Of a DNA stretch of 64,000 bases, positions 52,786 to 62,632 are shown piece by piece (the first letter of the stretch is position 1; the number at the start of each line of letters is the position of its first letter). The stretch spans positions 513 through 64,512 of the forward strand of contig JBMCFH010000002.1 of the NCBI GenBank assembly GCA_048620455.1. Reading direction: 5' to 3'. The notes under the pieces were generated by a model. It made no database searches. It saw nothing but the letters and a program-made list of their open reading frames with translations, and was not told where the DNA came from. Position numbers and translations under genes: made by a program. This stretch comes from Chloroflexota bacterium. Its GTDB lineage: Bacteria; Chloroflexota; Anaerolineae; Promineifilales; Promineifilaceae.

Positions 52786-55053
52786 TTAGTTGATGCCCAG
52801 CCAGCCGCCAAGAACGCCGAGCCAGCCGTAGTTAATGGCCAGGATAAGGATAGCCAATACAGAAGCGATGCCCGCCGAGACGAGAGCGTACTCCTGCAGC
52901 TTCCCCGTCTGGATGGTGCGGAATTCACGGGACAGGTCCAGGAATCCGTCCTTGACACGGTCGACGCCCTCGCTGATAACGACTTCTTCGAACCGCTTCA
53001 TAAACTGGCCCACGCGATACACAGTGCGGGCGATCAGGTGTAAGGTCCCGTCAATCAGCCCTTTGTCCACCCACTGGTAAACGACCGTCGCCGAGAACCA
53101 CTCTACCGGCTGTACCAACATCATGTCGTACAGCTCATCCCAATACCATTTGTTGGCAAGGAACGTGTGCAGCGGGCCCAGCGGACGTACCAGCGGGTCC
53201 GGCTGCTCCTCTTCAAGGGGCTCGCGCCCATACACCCACCAGCCCAGCGCCAGACCGCCCAGGGCCACGACAAGGGATGTAAGCAACGGAATGGGACTGA
53301 ACGGTATCGTCTCCAATTCGTGCACGGCGATACCCAGTTCATTGAGGCCGTGCAAAGTCTCTTCTATTGTGGCGCCGACGAAATGGTGAAAATAGTTGTA
53401 GAAGATACCATCGGTGCCCAGGAAATTATCCGGGATGCCCAGCCACCCGAAGGCTACGGCAAAGAAAGACAGGCCCAAGAGTGGCGCCAGCATAAAATTG
53501 TCGCTCTCGTGCGCATGCTCCGCCAGCGGCGTGCGCGGTTCGCCCAGAAACGTCAGCGAAATCTGGCGCATTGTATAGAAAGCCGTGAGGAACGCTGCTA
53601 CGGCGAGCACAATGAAGACGAGAAGGGCAAAGGCGTCTCCATGCGTGCCCAGGGTAAACGCTTCGGCCAGAATCTCATCCTTAGACCAGAACCCCGCCGT
53701 GATAAACGGAAACCCGGACAGGGCAAAGCCGCCGATAACAAAGGTCCAGAAGGTTACCGGCATCTTGTGGCGCAAACCACCCATATTCATCATATCCTGT
53801 GGATCTGTATGGTGGTCGTGCACCTCGTTTGCCCCGTGTTCCATGCCGTGAATGATGGATCCAGAACCGAGGAACAGCAATGCTTTGAAGAAAGCGTGCG
53901 TAATCAGGTGGAAAGCAGCGGCTACGTAGGCGCCGATACCAATGGCAGCAACCATGTAACCAAGCTGCGAAATCGTGGAATAGGCGAGCACACGCTTGAC
54001 GTCGTTTTGGGCTACGGCAATCGTCGCCGCCATCAACGCCGTAAAGGCGCCGATGCCACCTATCACGAGGCCAACCGCCGGCATGCCTTCCGTTGCGGTG
54101 GTGATCAGGGGAAATACGCGCACGATCAAGTAGACACCGGCGGAAACCATCGCCGCCGCGTGGATGATAGCGCTGACCGGCGTTGGGCCTTCCATTGCGT
54201 CCGGCAGCCAGGTGTGCAACGGCCATTGTGCCGACTTACCCACCGTACCCGCAAAGAGCATCAGGGCCATGGCGCCCACGCCGGTGAAACCGACCGCCTG
54301 CACTGCCGATGCCAGACTCTCCGCCGTAAAGGCCTCGCTGAAACTGAGCGTGCCGAATGCCCGATAAAAGAAGACGATGCCCAGGAGCATAATCACATCG
54401 GCGACACGCGTGGTCATAAAAGCCTTAATCGCCGCCTTGCGCGGAGGCGTGGCCTTGGGATCGTCGTATTCGCGCGCATACCAGAAGCCGATGAGCAGAT
54501 AGGAGCAGAGCCCCATTATCTCCCAGGCCATAAACAACAGCAGCAAATTGTCGGCCACGACCAGTGCCAGCATTGCGCCGCCGAACAGCGACATAAAGGC
54601 GAAGAAACGCGAGAAAAGCGGATCGACTCCCGCGTGGCTCGGCGCGCCAAGAACGGCGTGGTCTTCCACTTCTAATCCCCAGCGGAGGTACCCGACGCTA
54701 TAAACCATGATCATGGCCGTAGCAAAAGGAACCATCAAAAGCATAGCCGCCGTCAGTGGATCAACCGCGACGCCCATCTGCAGCCAATTGGGAAAATCGC
54801 CAAAAGGCAACCAGGCAATGGCACTTGAAATGACCGTGGGGTGTTCGGCCAACTCATGGATGTGCCCCATACCATCGACGAAGACCGTAATGGCTACCGT
54901 CCAACCCAGAGCCAGCGACGAGAAAATGGCCACCCAGGAGACAATCCAGCTTGCCGTCTTATTGCGGTTGAAGACGAGGGTGATTAAGAAAAATGCAAGC
55001 AGCGGACCCGCGGGAATAAGCCAGGTCAACAATCTAAGAGTTTCTTCCGTCAT
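52786..55053 (-). CDS. nuoL: NADH:quinone oxidoreductase subunit L (unusually long, 755 aa)
   Basis: HTWLPDAMEGPTPVSAIIHAAAMVSAGVYL is the NuoL signature. The C-terminal region is long and amphipathic (DKGLIDGTLHLIARTVYRVGQFMKRFEEVVISEGVDRVKDGFLDLSREFRTIQTGKLQEY) and precedes the final TM helix. Confidence 0.9.
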   Translation of the reverse strand: MTEETLRLLTWLIPAGPLLAFFLITLVFNRNKTASWIVSWVAIFSSLALGWTVAITVFVDGMGHIHELAEHPTVISSAIAWLPFGDFPNWLQMGVAVDPLTAAMLLMVPFATAMIMVYSVGYLRWGLEVEDHAVLGAPSHAGVDPLFSRFFAFMSLFGGAMLALVVADNLLLLFMAWEIMGLCSYLLIGFWYAREYDDPKATPPRKAAIKAFMTTRVADVIMLLGIVFFYRAFGTLSFSEAFTAESLASAVQAVGFTGVGAMALMLFAGTVGKSAQWPLHTWLPDAMEGPTPVSAIIHAAAMVSAGVYLIVRVFPLITTATEGMPAVGLVIGGIGAFTALMAATIAVAQNDVKRVLAYSTISQLGYMVAAIGIGAYVAAAFHLITHAFFKALLFLGSGSIIHGMEHGANEVHDHHTDPQDMMNMGGLRHKMPVTFWTFVIGGFALSGFPFITAGFWSKDEILAEAFTLGTHGDAFALLVFIVLAVAAFLTAFYTMRQISLTFLGEPRTPLAEHAHESDNFMLAPLLGLSFFAVAFGWLGIPDNFLGTDGIFYNYFHHFVGATIEETLHGLNELGIAVHELETIPFSPIPLLTSLVVALGGLALGWWVYGREPLEEEQPDPLVRPLGPLHTFLANKWYWDELYDMMLVQPVEWFSATVVYQWVDKGLIDGTLHLIARTVYRVGQFMKRFEEVVISEGVDRVKDGFLDLSREFRTIQTGKLQEYALVSAGIASVLAILILAINYGWLGVLGGWLGIN

Positions 55054-55084
55054 AGAATGAACCTATTTGGTACTCAGTCGTCGT

Positions 55085-55393
55085 CTAATACTTCAGCGTA
55101 TCCAGTTCCTCGGCGATGACTGAGTCTCGCTGACGATAGATAGAAATGATCAGAGCCAATCCCACAGCCGCCTCAGCCGCAGCGAGAGCCAGGACAAAGA
55201 TGGCCCAGGCCAGGCCAATCGGCTGATCGGGGGTGCGGTAACGCCAGAAGGCGATGAGATTGATGTTCACAGAATTTAGCATCAGCTCTACAGCCATCAA
55301 TATGGCTACGGCGTTGCGCCGCGCCAGTACGCCGTAAAGGCCAATACAAAAGAGAGCAGCAGAAACTATCAGATACCAGGATAAAGGAATCAT
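55085..55393 (-). CDS. nuoK: NADH:quinone oxidoreductase subunit K
   Basis: The 102-aa protein has 3 TM helices and reads GLYGVLARRNAVAILMAVELMLNSVNINLIAF. Confidence 0.9.
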   Translation of the reverse strand: MIPLSWYLIVSAALFCIGLYGVLARRNAVAILMAVELMLNSVNINLIAFWRYRTPDQPIGLAWAIFVLALAAAEAAVGLALIISIYRQRDSVIAEELDTLKY

Positions 55394-55929
55394 TCTTTTC
55401 TCTCCGGCCAGGCAACGACGATGGCGCCAATTAGCGCCGCCAGCAGCAGGACGGAAGTGACTTCGAAGGGCAATACGTACTGATTGACGTCAACCAGCGC
55501 CCTACCCAATTGCACGACGCTTCCCTGCAACACCGCTTCTGGGACTTCCGGCGCTGCCCCGAACGGTTCCGCTCCAGGTTGCCAGGGCCAGACCTGTAAA
55601 ATGACAAATACGATTACGGCGAAAAGGACCAACGCCGTCACGCCGCCGAGCGCCCACTGGCTGTTGAAGGGCGTCTCCGTCGTCTGCATCAGGCGCCGGG
55701 TCATCATGATGGCAAAGATTATCAGAATCGAAATCGCGCCTATGTACACGAGGAGCTGAGCCGCGGCAAGGAACCCGGCCTCGAGCAACACGTACAGACC
55801 GGCGACGCCCAGGAAAGAGCCCATGAGCGCCAGCGCCGCATGGAACAGGTTGCGGTTGGTAACCACGACCCAGGCCATCAGCAGGGTGAGGAAACTAATC
55901 ACAATAAAAATGATCTGTTGCGTCATCAT
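55390..55929 (-). CDS. nuoJ: NADH:quinone oxidoreductase subunit J
   Basis: NRNLFHAALALMGSFLGVAGLYVLLEAGFLAAAQLLVYIGAISILIIFAIMMT matches the typical NuoJ pattern. Confidence 0.85.
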   Translation of the reverse strand: MMTQQIIFIVISFLTLLMAWVVVTNRNLFHAALALMGSFLGVAGLYVLLEAGFLAAAQLLVYIGAISILIIFAIMMTRRLMQTTETPFNSQWALGGVTALVLFAVIVFVILQVWPWQPGAEPFGAAPEVPEAVLQGSVVQLGRALVDVNQYVLPFEVTSVLLLAALIGAIVVAWPERKE

Positions 55930-56048
55930 TTCTCCAAATCAGCATTCAGCTACCAATTGCCATCAGGCGGCAACTGGCCTGAACACCGTCGCAAAGCAAA
56001 TTATTGACCCTTATGCCAGAGACTCACACACTACCGGCCGCAGCAACC

Positions 56049-57299
56049 CTAGTGCGCTCCTTCCACTACCAATTCGTCGCGCGCTTCCGTCGCTTCTGTC
56101 AGACGCGACTCATGAGCTTCGCGCTCCCGCACCGCTCTCCGGCGCAAAATCTCCAGCGCTGAAAAGCCGACCACAAGATTGCTGACCAGGTGCACACCCG
56201 CGCGGAAGTATGGTCCGGCGCCGACCGGAATCAGCTTATCGACAACGGCGACGACAAGCAACAGAATCAGAGACAGCGGCACAAGGAACTTCCAATTCAG
56301 ATCCAGCATCTGGTCCACGCGCACACGAGGGAACGTCCCGCGTATCCAGATGAACACGAAGTACACGGCGAACATCTTAATAAAGAAAACAACGAGCCCA
56401 ATCAGACGGCCAAATGTCTCCAGGCGTTCCAGACCAAAGAAGCGCCAGCCGCCAAGGAAGACGGTAGCAAAGAGCGCCGACATGAATAAAGTAGAGATGA
56501 ACTCGGCCAGGAAGAACATTCCAAACTTCATGCCCGTATATTCCACGTGGAATCCGGCCACAATTTCAGACTCTGCTTCCAACAGATCGAATGGCGTACG
56601 CCCGGTCTCCGCAAGCGCCGAGATAAAGAAAATGATGGCGGAAACAGGCGCGACAATGAAAAAGGGCACCGTCTGGGCCCCAACCAGCTCCTGCATATAC
56701 ATAGAACGAGCCAACAAGATGGGAATCAGGAGCGAAATCACCATCGGCACTTCATAACTGACCAGCTGCGCCACAGCACGGAACGCTCCGAGCAAGGCAT
56801 ACTTGTTATTTGAGCCCCAACCGGCGAGAAGCAACGTCACCACAGAGGCAGAACTAACCGCCAGGATATAAAAAAGCCCGATGTTCAGGTCTACACCGAT
56901 CACATCAGGCGCAAAGGGGATTACGGCCCACATGAGAAGGGCCGCCATCACCGTCAGAAGCGGGGCCAGGTTGTACGCCAGCCGATCCGCACCTGCCGGC
57001 ATAAGCGATTCTTTGGTGAGAAGCTTCAGCACGTCCGCCACTGTCTGCAACAGCCCAAAGCGACCGCCAACGCGATTGGGCCCAACACGATCCTGAATTC
57101 GAGCCACGACCTTGCGCTCCAGCCAGATGAGGAACAGCACGATTAGCAGCAAGAAGGTGGAAACGGTAAAAACGCCGATCAGGTCAAGCAGAAACTCAAT
57201 CGTTTCCACACTCATGTTATCGGCCCAGATATCACGCAAGTAGTCAAAGGTCGTCAGCGTGACCAGGCTGCGCAGAAACTCCAGAATATTAAAGCTCAT
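56049..57299 (-). CDS. nuoH: NADH:quinone oxidoreductase subunit H (with hydrophilic C-terminal extension)
   Basis: ERKVVARIQDRVGPNRVGGRFGLLQTVADVLKLLTKE is the NuoH N-terminal signature, and EAESEIVAGFHVEYTGMKFGMFFLAEF is also present. The 416-aa protein ends with RRRAVREREAHESRLTEATEARDELVVEGAH. Confidence 0.9.
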   Translation of the reverse strand: MSFNILEFLRSLVTLTTFDYLRDIWADNMSVETIEFLLDLIGVFTVSTFLLLIVLFLIWLERKVVARIQDRVGPNRVGGRFGLLQTVADVLKLLTKESLMPAGADRLAYNLAPLLTVMAALLMWAVIPFAPDVIGVDLNIGLFYILAVSSASVVTLLLAGWGSNNKYALLGAFRAVAQLVSYEVPMVISLLIPILLARSMYMQELVGAQTVPFFIVAPVSAIIFFISALAETGRTPFDLLEAESEIVAGFHVEYTGMKFGMFFLAEFISTLFMSALFATVFLGGWRFFGLERLETFGRLIGLVVFFIKMFAVYFVFIWIRGTFPRVRVDQMLDLNWKFLVPLSLILLLVVAVVDKLIPVGAGPYFRAGVHLVSNLVVGFSALEILRRRAVREREAHESRLTEATEARDELVVEGAH

Positions 57300-57363
57300 T
57301 TACAGCACTCCATGAGGAATCTTTCTGTCCTGTGGGCAGGCAGCGAGCGACAAGTCATATGTA

Positions 57364-57720
57364 CTACGTCCACTCCAGCGCGCCGCGCGCCCAGGCATAG
57401 ATGAGCCCATCAGCCAGCAGTATGATGAAGAGGGCTGTGGCGCCCACCGCGAACCAGCCAAGCTGATCAAAAGCGGCAGCCACGGGGAACAAGAACACGG
57501 CTTCAATGTCGAAGATGACGAACACCAGAGCGTAGATGTAATATTGCACCTTGAACTGAATCCAGGTGTCGCCAACCGTTTCGATACCGCACTCATACGT
57601 CTGCTGTTTGAGCGGATTCGGCTTCCGCGGTCCAAGCAACCAGTTCGCAATGATCGGCGCCGCCGGGAAAATGGGTGATAGTGCCAGGAAGATGCCAATA
57701 AATTGCCAGTCAGCTAGCAC
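57364..57720 (-). CDS. nuoA: NADH:quinone oxidoreductase subunit A
   Basis: YECGIETVGDTWIQFKVQYYIYALVFVIFDIEAVFLFP is the NuoA signature. Confidence 0.9.
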   Translation of the reverse strand: MLADWQFIGIFLALSPIFPAAPIIANWLLGPRKPNPLKQQTYECGIETVGDTWIQFKVQYYIYALVFVIFDIEAVFLFPVAAAFDQLGWFAVGATALFIILLADGLIYAWARGALEWT

Positions 57721-57936
57721 GCAAAATTCTCCTTAAAAGGGGCATTTGTGAAATATGTCTCATTTATAGCACATGGCTATAACCATGGCAACGAAACCGG
57801 GATTCCGATTCTAACAGAAATGGATGTCGGGGCAACCACCCTCCAATTGTGAAACAGCCTACTGTAACCGTTAAAAGCCTACTATAATGTAATGGAACTG
57901 TTGCAGACAATGAACAAATAAGGAAGACCGTGGAAA

Positions 57937-58929
57937 ATGTTACTGGCAGGTGATATCGGCGCGACGAAGACTGTCCTTGCGCTCTATTCGTTGGAACAGG
58001 GACCGCGGACCCCCATCGTCAGCCGAACCTTCTCCAGCAAAACGTACGACTCCCTGGAAGCAGTCATCGGAACCTTTTTGAGCGAATTTGACTACGCCGT
58101 CTCTCACGCCGCCTTTGGCGTCGCCGGGCCGGTCGTCAAAGGTCGTGCTGAGATCACCAACCTGCCCTGGATCCTTGAGGAAGAGCGACTCAACGACGCC
58201 TTCGGGTTGCAGGAAACTCACCTGCTCAACGACCTGGAGTCAATCGCAACGTCTGTGCCGAACCTGGAAGAAGAAGATCTTCACACTATAAATGAAGGAG
58301 TTGCCGACCCAACCGGCGCTGTCGGCGTCGTCGCCCCGGGAACAGGCCTTGGCGAGGCCTTCCTGACATGGGACGGTCGTCGCCTTCGCGCCCACCCGTG
58401 CGAAGGCGGGCACACTGACTTCGGCCCGGTAAATGACCTTCAGCGCGAGTTGCTGGCTTTTCTCCAACCGCGCCTGGGCCACGTCAGTTACGAGCGGCTC
58501 TGTTCAGGTATCGGCATTCCCAATCTTTACAGCTTCTTTCGAGAGACGGGGCGCTACCACGAACCACAATGGCTGAAAGAAGCGCTGAGCGAGGCCGGCG
58601 ACAAGACGCCCGTAATTGTGCAGGCTGCCCAGGAACAAAAAGCCGACATCTGCACGGCCACACTGGATCTGTTTCTCGACGTTCTGGCGCAGGAGGCCGG
58701 CAACCTGGCCCTGAAATTATTAGCTACCGGCGGTATTTACCTGGGAGGCGGCATTCCCCCGCGTATTTTGCCACAATTGGAGCCGGAGCGCTTTATGCGT
58801 TCCTTTGTCAGCAAGGGACGTTTTCACCACTTACTGGCAGAAGTGCCCATACACGTCATCTGCAAGCGGGACGCGGCGCTCCTGGGAGTCGCCACCAATG
58901 GTCTGCGCATGGTCGACCATAAGGAGTAA
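57937..58929 (+). CDS. glk: glucokinase
   Basis: The N-terminal ATP motif is LLAGDIGATKTVLAL. GPVVKGRAEITNLPW and the central EGGHTDFGP are typical of the Glk (PF02685-type) family. Confidence 0.8.
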   Translation: MLLAGDIGATKTVLALYSLEQGPRTPIVSRTFSSKTYDSLEAVIGTFLSEFDYAVSHAAFGVAGPVVKGRAEITNLPWILEEERLNDAFGLQETHLLNDLESIATSVPNLEEEDLHTINEGVADPTGAVGVVAPGTGLGEAFLTWDGRRLRAHPCEGGHTDFGPVNDLQRELLAFLQPRLGHVSYERLCSGIGIPNLYSFFRETGRYHEPQWLKEALSEAGDKTPVIVQAAQEQKADICTATLDLFLDVLAQEAGNLALKLLATGGIYLGGGIPPRILPQLEPERFMRSFVSKGRFHHLLAEVPIHVICKRDAALLGVATNGLRMVDHKE

Positions 58930-58943
58930 GGCGGGACCATTCT

Positions 58944-59702
58944 ATGAGTACAGCACAGATTCTGATCTTTGAACCAGGTCAATCGATGTTTACGACGGCT
59001 GCTGCCTACATCCAGCAACGAGCCGAACAATCGATTGCCCGGCGCAGCCGCTTTTTCTTCGTCCTCTCTGGTGGCGGCACCCCGCGCCCGCTCTACCGTC
59101 TGCTCGCCTCTCCACCTTACCGTGACACATTTCCCTGGGCTCAGACCCATCTCTTCTGGAGCGACGAGCGCACCGTACCGCCCACGGATCCAGAGAGCAA
59201 CTTTGGCATGGTGCGCGACCTGCTGCTGGATCACGTCGACGTGCCCGAAGAGCACGTTCACCGTATTCGTGGCGAGCTGAAACCGGCCCTGGCTGCCGAG
59301 GCTTACGAACAGGAACTTCTGTCGCTGGCTGAGGATGGCAACGCCTGGCCTCACTTCGACCTCGTCTTGCTCGGTCTGGGCAGCGACGGGCACACGGCCT
59401 CCCTCTTTCCCGGCTCGACCCACCCCGTTCGCGATGGACAACCTGTGCTCGCCGTAACCGCCAGTTATGGCGGTCGCCCGGCAGGGCGCGTGACACTGAC
59501 GCCGCCAGCACTAAACAGCGCCCGCGACGTGATTTTCCTGGTCAGCGGTTCTGAAAAAGCCCGCGCGTTGGCCGCGACCTTACAGGGACCACAGAACGGT
59601 GTCGCCTATCCCGCGCAACGCATCCAACCTGCAGGCGATAAGATCGTATGGTTTGTCGATAGTGACGCAGCCGCTAAACTTGATGTGATACACGCGACTT
59701 AG
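58944..59702 (+). CDS. pgl: 6-phosphogluconolactonase
   Basis: FVLSGGGTPRPLYRLL...FWSDERTVP...DLVLLGLGSDGHTASLFPG matches the canonical Pgl/NagB-fold motifs. Confidence 0.85.
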   Translation: MSTAQILIFEPGQSMFTTAAAYIQQRAEQSIARRSRFFFVLSGGGTPRPLYRLLASPPYRDTFPWAQTHLFWSDERTVPPTDPESNFGMVRDLLLDHVDVPEEHVHRIRGELKPALAAEAYEQELLSLAEDGNAWPHFDLVLLGLGSDGHTASLFPGSTHPVRDGQPVLAVTASYGGRPAGRVTLTPPALNSARDVIFLVSGSEKARALAATLQGPQNGVAYPAQRIQPAGDKIVWFVDSDAAAKLDVIHAT

Positions 59703-59765
59703 GGAAGCGGCGGCAGCCGTCACCACAAGGGTAGCCACTTTCACTTACCAATAAAGGAGCAAACG

Positions 59766-62543
59766 ATGTCCAAACTTCATGACCTGGCCGATTTGGGGCA
59801 ATCCATCTGGCTGGACTATATCCGACGCGACATGCTTGATTCAGGCGAGCTTAACCAGCTCAAGGTTACAGGCGTGCGCGGCGTCACGTCCAACCCTTCC
59901 ATTTTCGAGAAAGCAATCGCCGGCAGCGACGACTATGACGATGCCTTGCGCCGCCTGGCAGCCGAAGGCCTTTCTCCCATGGCCATTTATGAAGCATTAG
60001 CCATCGAAGATATACAGCGCGCGTGCGATGTATTCGAAGGTCTCTACCACCAGTCGGACGGCGGTGATGGCTACGTCAGTCTGGAATGTAACCCTGACCT
60101 GGCGTACGAAACCGAAGGAACCATTGAAGAAGCGCGTCGCCTGTTCAAAGCTGTGGACCGGCCGAACGTCTATATCAAAGTGCCGGCTACCGCGGAAGGA
60201 ATCCCAGCCATCAGGCAGCTCATCGGCGAGGGAATTAACATCAACGTGACCCTGATCTTCGCCGTCAGCGCCTACGAAGCCGTTGCCGATGCCTACTTGA
60301 GTGGCCTGGAGGACTTGTTAGAGCGCGGCGGTGACCTTAGCCAGGTAAGTTCCGTTGCTTCCCTTTTCGTCAGCCGCATGGACAGCAAGGTCGATAAAGC
60401 GCTGGATGCGCTTGGCAACGACGAGCTGCGCGGCAAAATCGGCATCGCTAACGCAAAGATGGCTTACCAACGCTTTACGGAAATTTTCAGTGGCCCGCGC
60501 TGGCAGCGGCTGGAAGAGCAGGGAGCCAATTTACAACGACCGCTGTGGGGCAGCACCAGCACCAAGGATCCAGCCTACCCCGATACCCTATACGTGGACA
60601 ATCTCATCGGGCCGCACACCGTGAACACCGTGCCGCCCGACACGCTCGACGCCTTTCTGGATCATGGCACGGTCGAGCGCACAATTGACAGGAACCTGGA
60701 GCAAGCGCGCCGGCAGTTGGAGCAGCTATCAGCCCTGGGCATCAGCCTTGACGAGATCACAGACGAACTGCTTGAAGAGGGCGTCGAGAAGTTTGTGGCG
60801 CCCTTCCAGAGCCTTATGGACGCCATCGAACGCCGTCGCAGCAAGATTCGGGCGGAAGGAGCGCGGCGCGACCGCTGGGAGAGTGCCCTCGGAGCGTATG
60901 ACGAGGACGTCAGGAAGGCGCTGGCGCAACTGGAAGAGGACAATGTCCTGCAACGGATCTGGGACAAGGATTACACGCTGTGGGCGGACGAACCCACCGA
61001 GATCACCAACCGTCTGGGCTGGCTGGACAGCGCCGGCATCGCTCAAGACAAACTGGACGATCTGCAGCAGCTGGCCGAGTCATTGCGCGACGAAGGATAC
61101 ACCGATGCCGTTCTGCTCGGTATGGGCGGCTCCAGCCTGGCCCCCGAGCTTTTCAGCCGTACCTTTGGCCCAGCGCCCGGCTATCTGGCGCTATCCGTCT
61201 TGGATAGCACCGATCCTGGTGCTGTCAACGCGCACCGCATGCGTCTGGACCCGGCCAAAACGATATTCATCGTCTCCAGCAAATCAGGAACAACGGTCGA
61301 GACGCTTTCCTTCTTCAAGTACTTCTACGCCTGGGTTCGTGACTCTCTGGGTGAAGCTGAGGCCGGCCGGCACTTCATCGCCATCACCGATCCTGACACT
61401 CATCTAGAGGAGCAAGCCGACCACTATCACTTCCGCGCGACGTTCCTTAACGACCCTGACATCGGCGGCCGTTATTCGGCGCTCTCCTATGTAGGGCTCG
61501 TTCCGGCAGCGCTGCTCGGGCTTGATCTGCAGAAGTTGATCAAACATGCCGCACAAATCGCCGGGCCAGAAGACGCGCGCCCGGCTGCCTATCTCGGTGC
61601 GGCGATGGGCACGATGGCACAGGCCGGTCGCGATAAACTAACGTTCATTCTCTCCCCGGAACTGGCCAGCTTTGGCGACTGGGTAGAGCAGCTGATTGCC
61701 GAGAGCCTGGGTAAGGATGGCAAGGGCATCCTGCCCGTCGTCGGCGAACCGCCCGTCGCGCCTGAAGCCTACGCGGATGACCGCGTGTTTATCTACATGC
61801 CGCTCGCCGGCGGCGCCGATTATGGATCGGAAGTGGCCGAGCTGATTGAGGCCGGTTTTCCCGTACTGTCCTTCCGTCTCCACGATCCCTACGAGCTTGG
61901 CGAACAGTTCCTTCTGTGGGAGCTTGCGGTCGCCGTCGCCGCCAACATCATGGGTGTGCATCCCTTTAACCAACCCAACGTCGAAGCCGCCAAAAAGCGA
62001 GCGGCGGAAATGCTTCAGGATTTTGAAGAAACCGGTTCCATCTCGGAGCAGGCGCCGGCCCTTAAGAGCCACGGTATCACGGTTCACGAGATGCGCGCGC
62101 CGGCGAACACCCCGGCCGAAGCGCTGGATACATTTCTTGAGTACGCGCGTGAGAGTGGCTACATTGCCGTGCACGCTTACGTGCAGCCGACCGAAGCCAA
62201 CGACGCCGCGCTCGCTGCATTCCGCGCTTACCTGCGGCAGAAGACTGGCCTGGCTGTGACGGTCGGCTATGGACCGCGCTTTCTGCACTCTACCGGACAA
62301 CTACATAAGGGCGACGGCGGCAACGGTCTCTTCATCCAGCTGGTTTCCGAGCCGCTTCAAGATACCATCATTCCCGACGAGCCAGACTCCTCCCGGGGCT
62401 CACTCTCTTTCGGCGTCCTTAAGGTTGCCCAGGCCCTGGGCGACGCTCGCGCCTTGCGCGAGGCCGGCAGGCACCTGATCCGCTTCCAGTTGCACGGTGA
62501 CGTCCCCTCGTTGCTGGCCGATCTGCAAACCGGCGATCGCTAA
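59766..62543 (+). CDS. bifunctional transaldolase / glucose-6-phosphate isomerase fusion
   Basis: The N-terminal ~365 aa are transaldolase (GQSIWLDYIRRDML...GVTSNPSIFEKAI...YIKVPAT...INVTLIFA). The C-terminal ~550 aa are a PGI-type SIS domain (LLGMGGSSLAPE...IVSSKSGTTVET...GGRYSALS). Confidence 0.85.
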   Translation: MSKLHDLADLGQSIWLDYIRRDMLDSGELNQLKVTGVRGVTSNPSIFEKAIAGSDDYDDALRRLAAEGLSPMAIYEALAIEDIQRACDVFEGLYHQSDGGDGYVSLECNPDLAYETEGTIEEARRLFKAVDRPNVYIKVPATAEGIPAIRQLIGEGININVTLIFAVSAYEAVADAYLSGLEDLLERGGDLSQVSSVASLFVSRMDSKVDKALDALGNDELRGKIGIANAKMAYQRFTEIFSGPRWQRLEEQGANLQRPLWGSTSTKDPAYPDTLYVDNLIGPHTVNTVPPDTLDAFLDHGTVERTIDRNLEQARRQLEQLSALGISLDEITDELLEEGVEKFVAPFQSLMDAIERRRSKIRAEGARRDRWESALGAYDEDVRKALAQLEEDNVLQRIWDKDYTLWADEPTEITNRLGWLDSAGIAQDKLDDLQQLAESLRDEGYTDAVLLGMGGSSLAPELFSRTFGPAPGYLALSVLDSTDPGAVNAHRMRLDPAKTIFIVSSKSGTTVETLSFFKYFYAWVRDSLGEAEAGRHFIAITDPDTHLEEQADHYHFRATFLNDPDIGGRYSALSYVGLVPAALLGLDLQKLIKHAAQIAGPEDARPAAYLGAAMGTMAQAGRDKLTFILSPELASFGDWVEQLIAESLGKDGKGILPVVGEPPVAPEAYADDRVFIYMPLAGGADYGSEVAELIEAGFPVLSFRLHDPYELGEQFLLWELAVAVAANIMGVHPFNQPNVEAAKKRAAEMLQDFEETGSISEQAPALKSHGITVHEMRAPANTPAEALDTFLEYARESGYIAVHAYVQPTEANDAALAAFRAYLRQKTGLAVTVGYGPRFLHSTGQLHKGDGGNGLFIQLVSEPLQDTIIPDEPDSSRGSLSFGVLKVAQALGDARALREAGRHLIRFQLHGDVPSLLADLQTGDR

Positions 62544-62578
62544 CATCGACCTGGCTGACAGGACCTGAGAAATGACGC

Positions 62579-62601
62579 GAGGCCCGGCAATGCCGGGCCT
62601 C
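62579..62601 (+). terminator. perfect 10-bp GC-rich hairpin between tal-pgi and zwf (terminator/attenuator or mRNA-stability element)
   Basis: GAGGCCCGGC (62579-62588), AAT loop, then GCCGGGCCTC (62592-62601). No U-run follows, so a classical intrinsic terminator is uncertain. Confidence 0.35.
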
Positions 62602-62632
62602 AACTACAGTTCTTGAGCAAGGATTATGGCCT

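Noticed and set aside
53167-54675. 502-aa plus-strand ORF antisense to nuoL, and similar long antisense ORFs in nuoM/nuoN/nuoH (for example 56179-56757)
   Set aside because: The opposite strand encodes unmistakable Nuo signatures. The antisense products are Arg/His/Gln-rich with no motifs. These are typical spurious ORFs of GC-rich DNA.
57772-57888. Promoter candidates in the nuoA/glk divergent region (perfect TATAAT at 57883-57888; small inverted repeat CATGG-N6-CCATG at ~57772-57787)
   Set aside because: No acceptable -35 element lies 16-18 nt upstream of the TATAAT, and the inverted repeat is only 5 bp per arm. The evidence is too weak to list as features.
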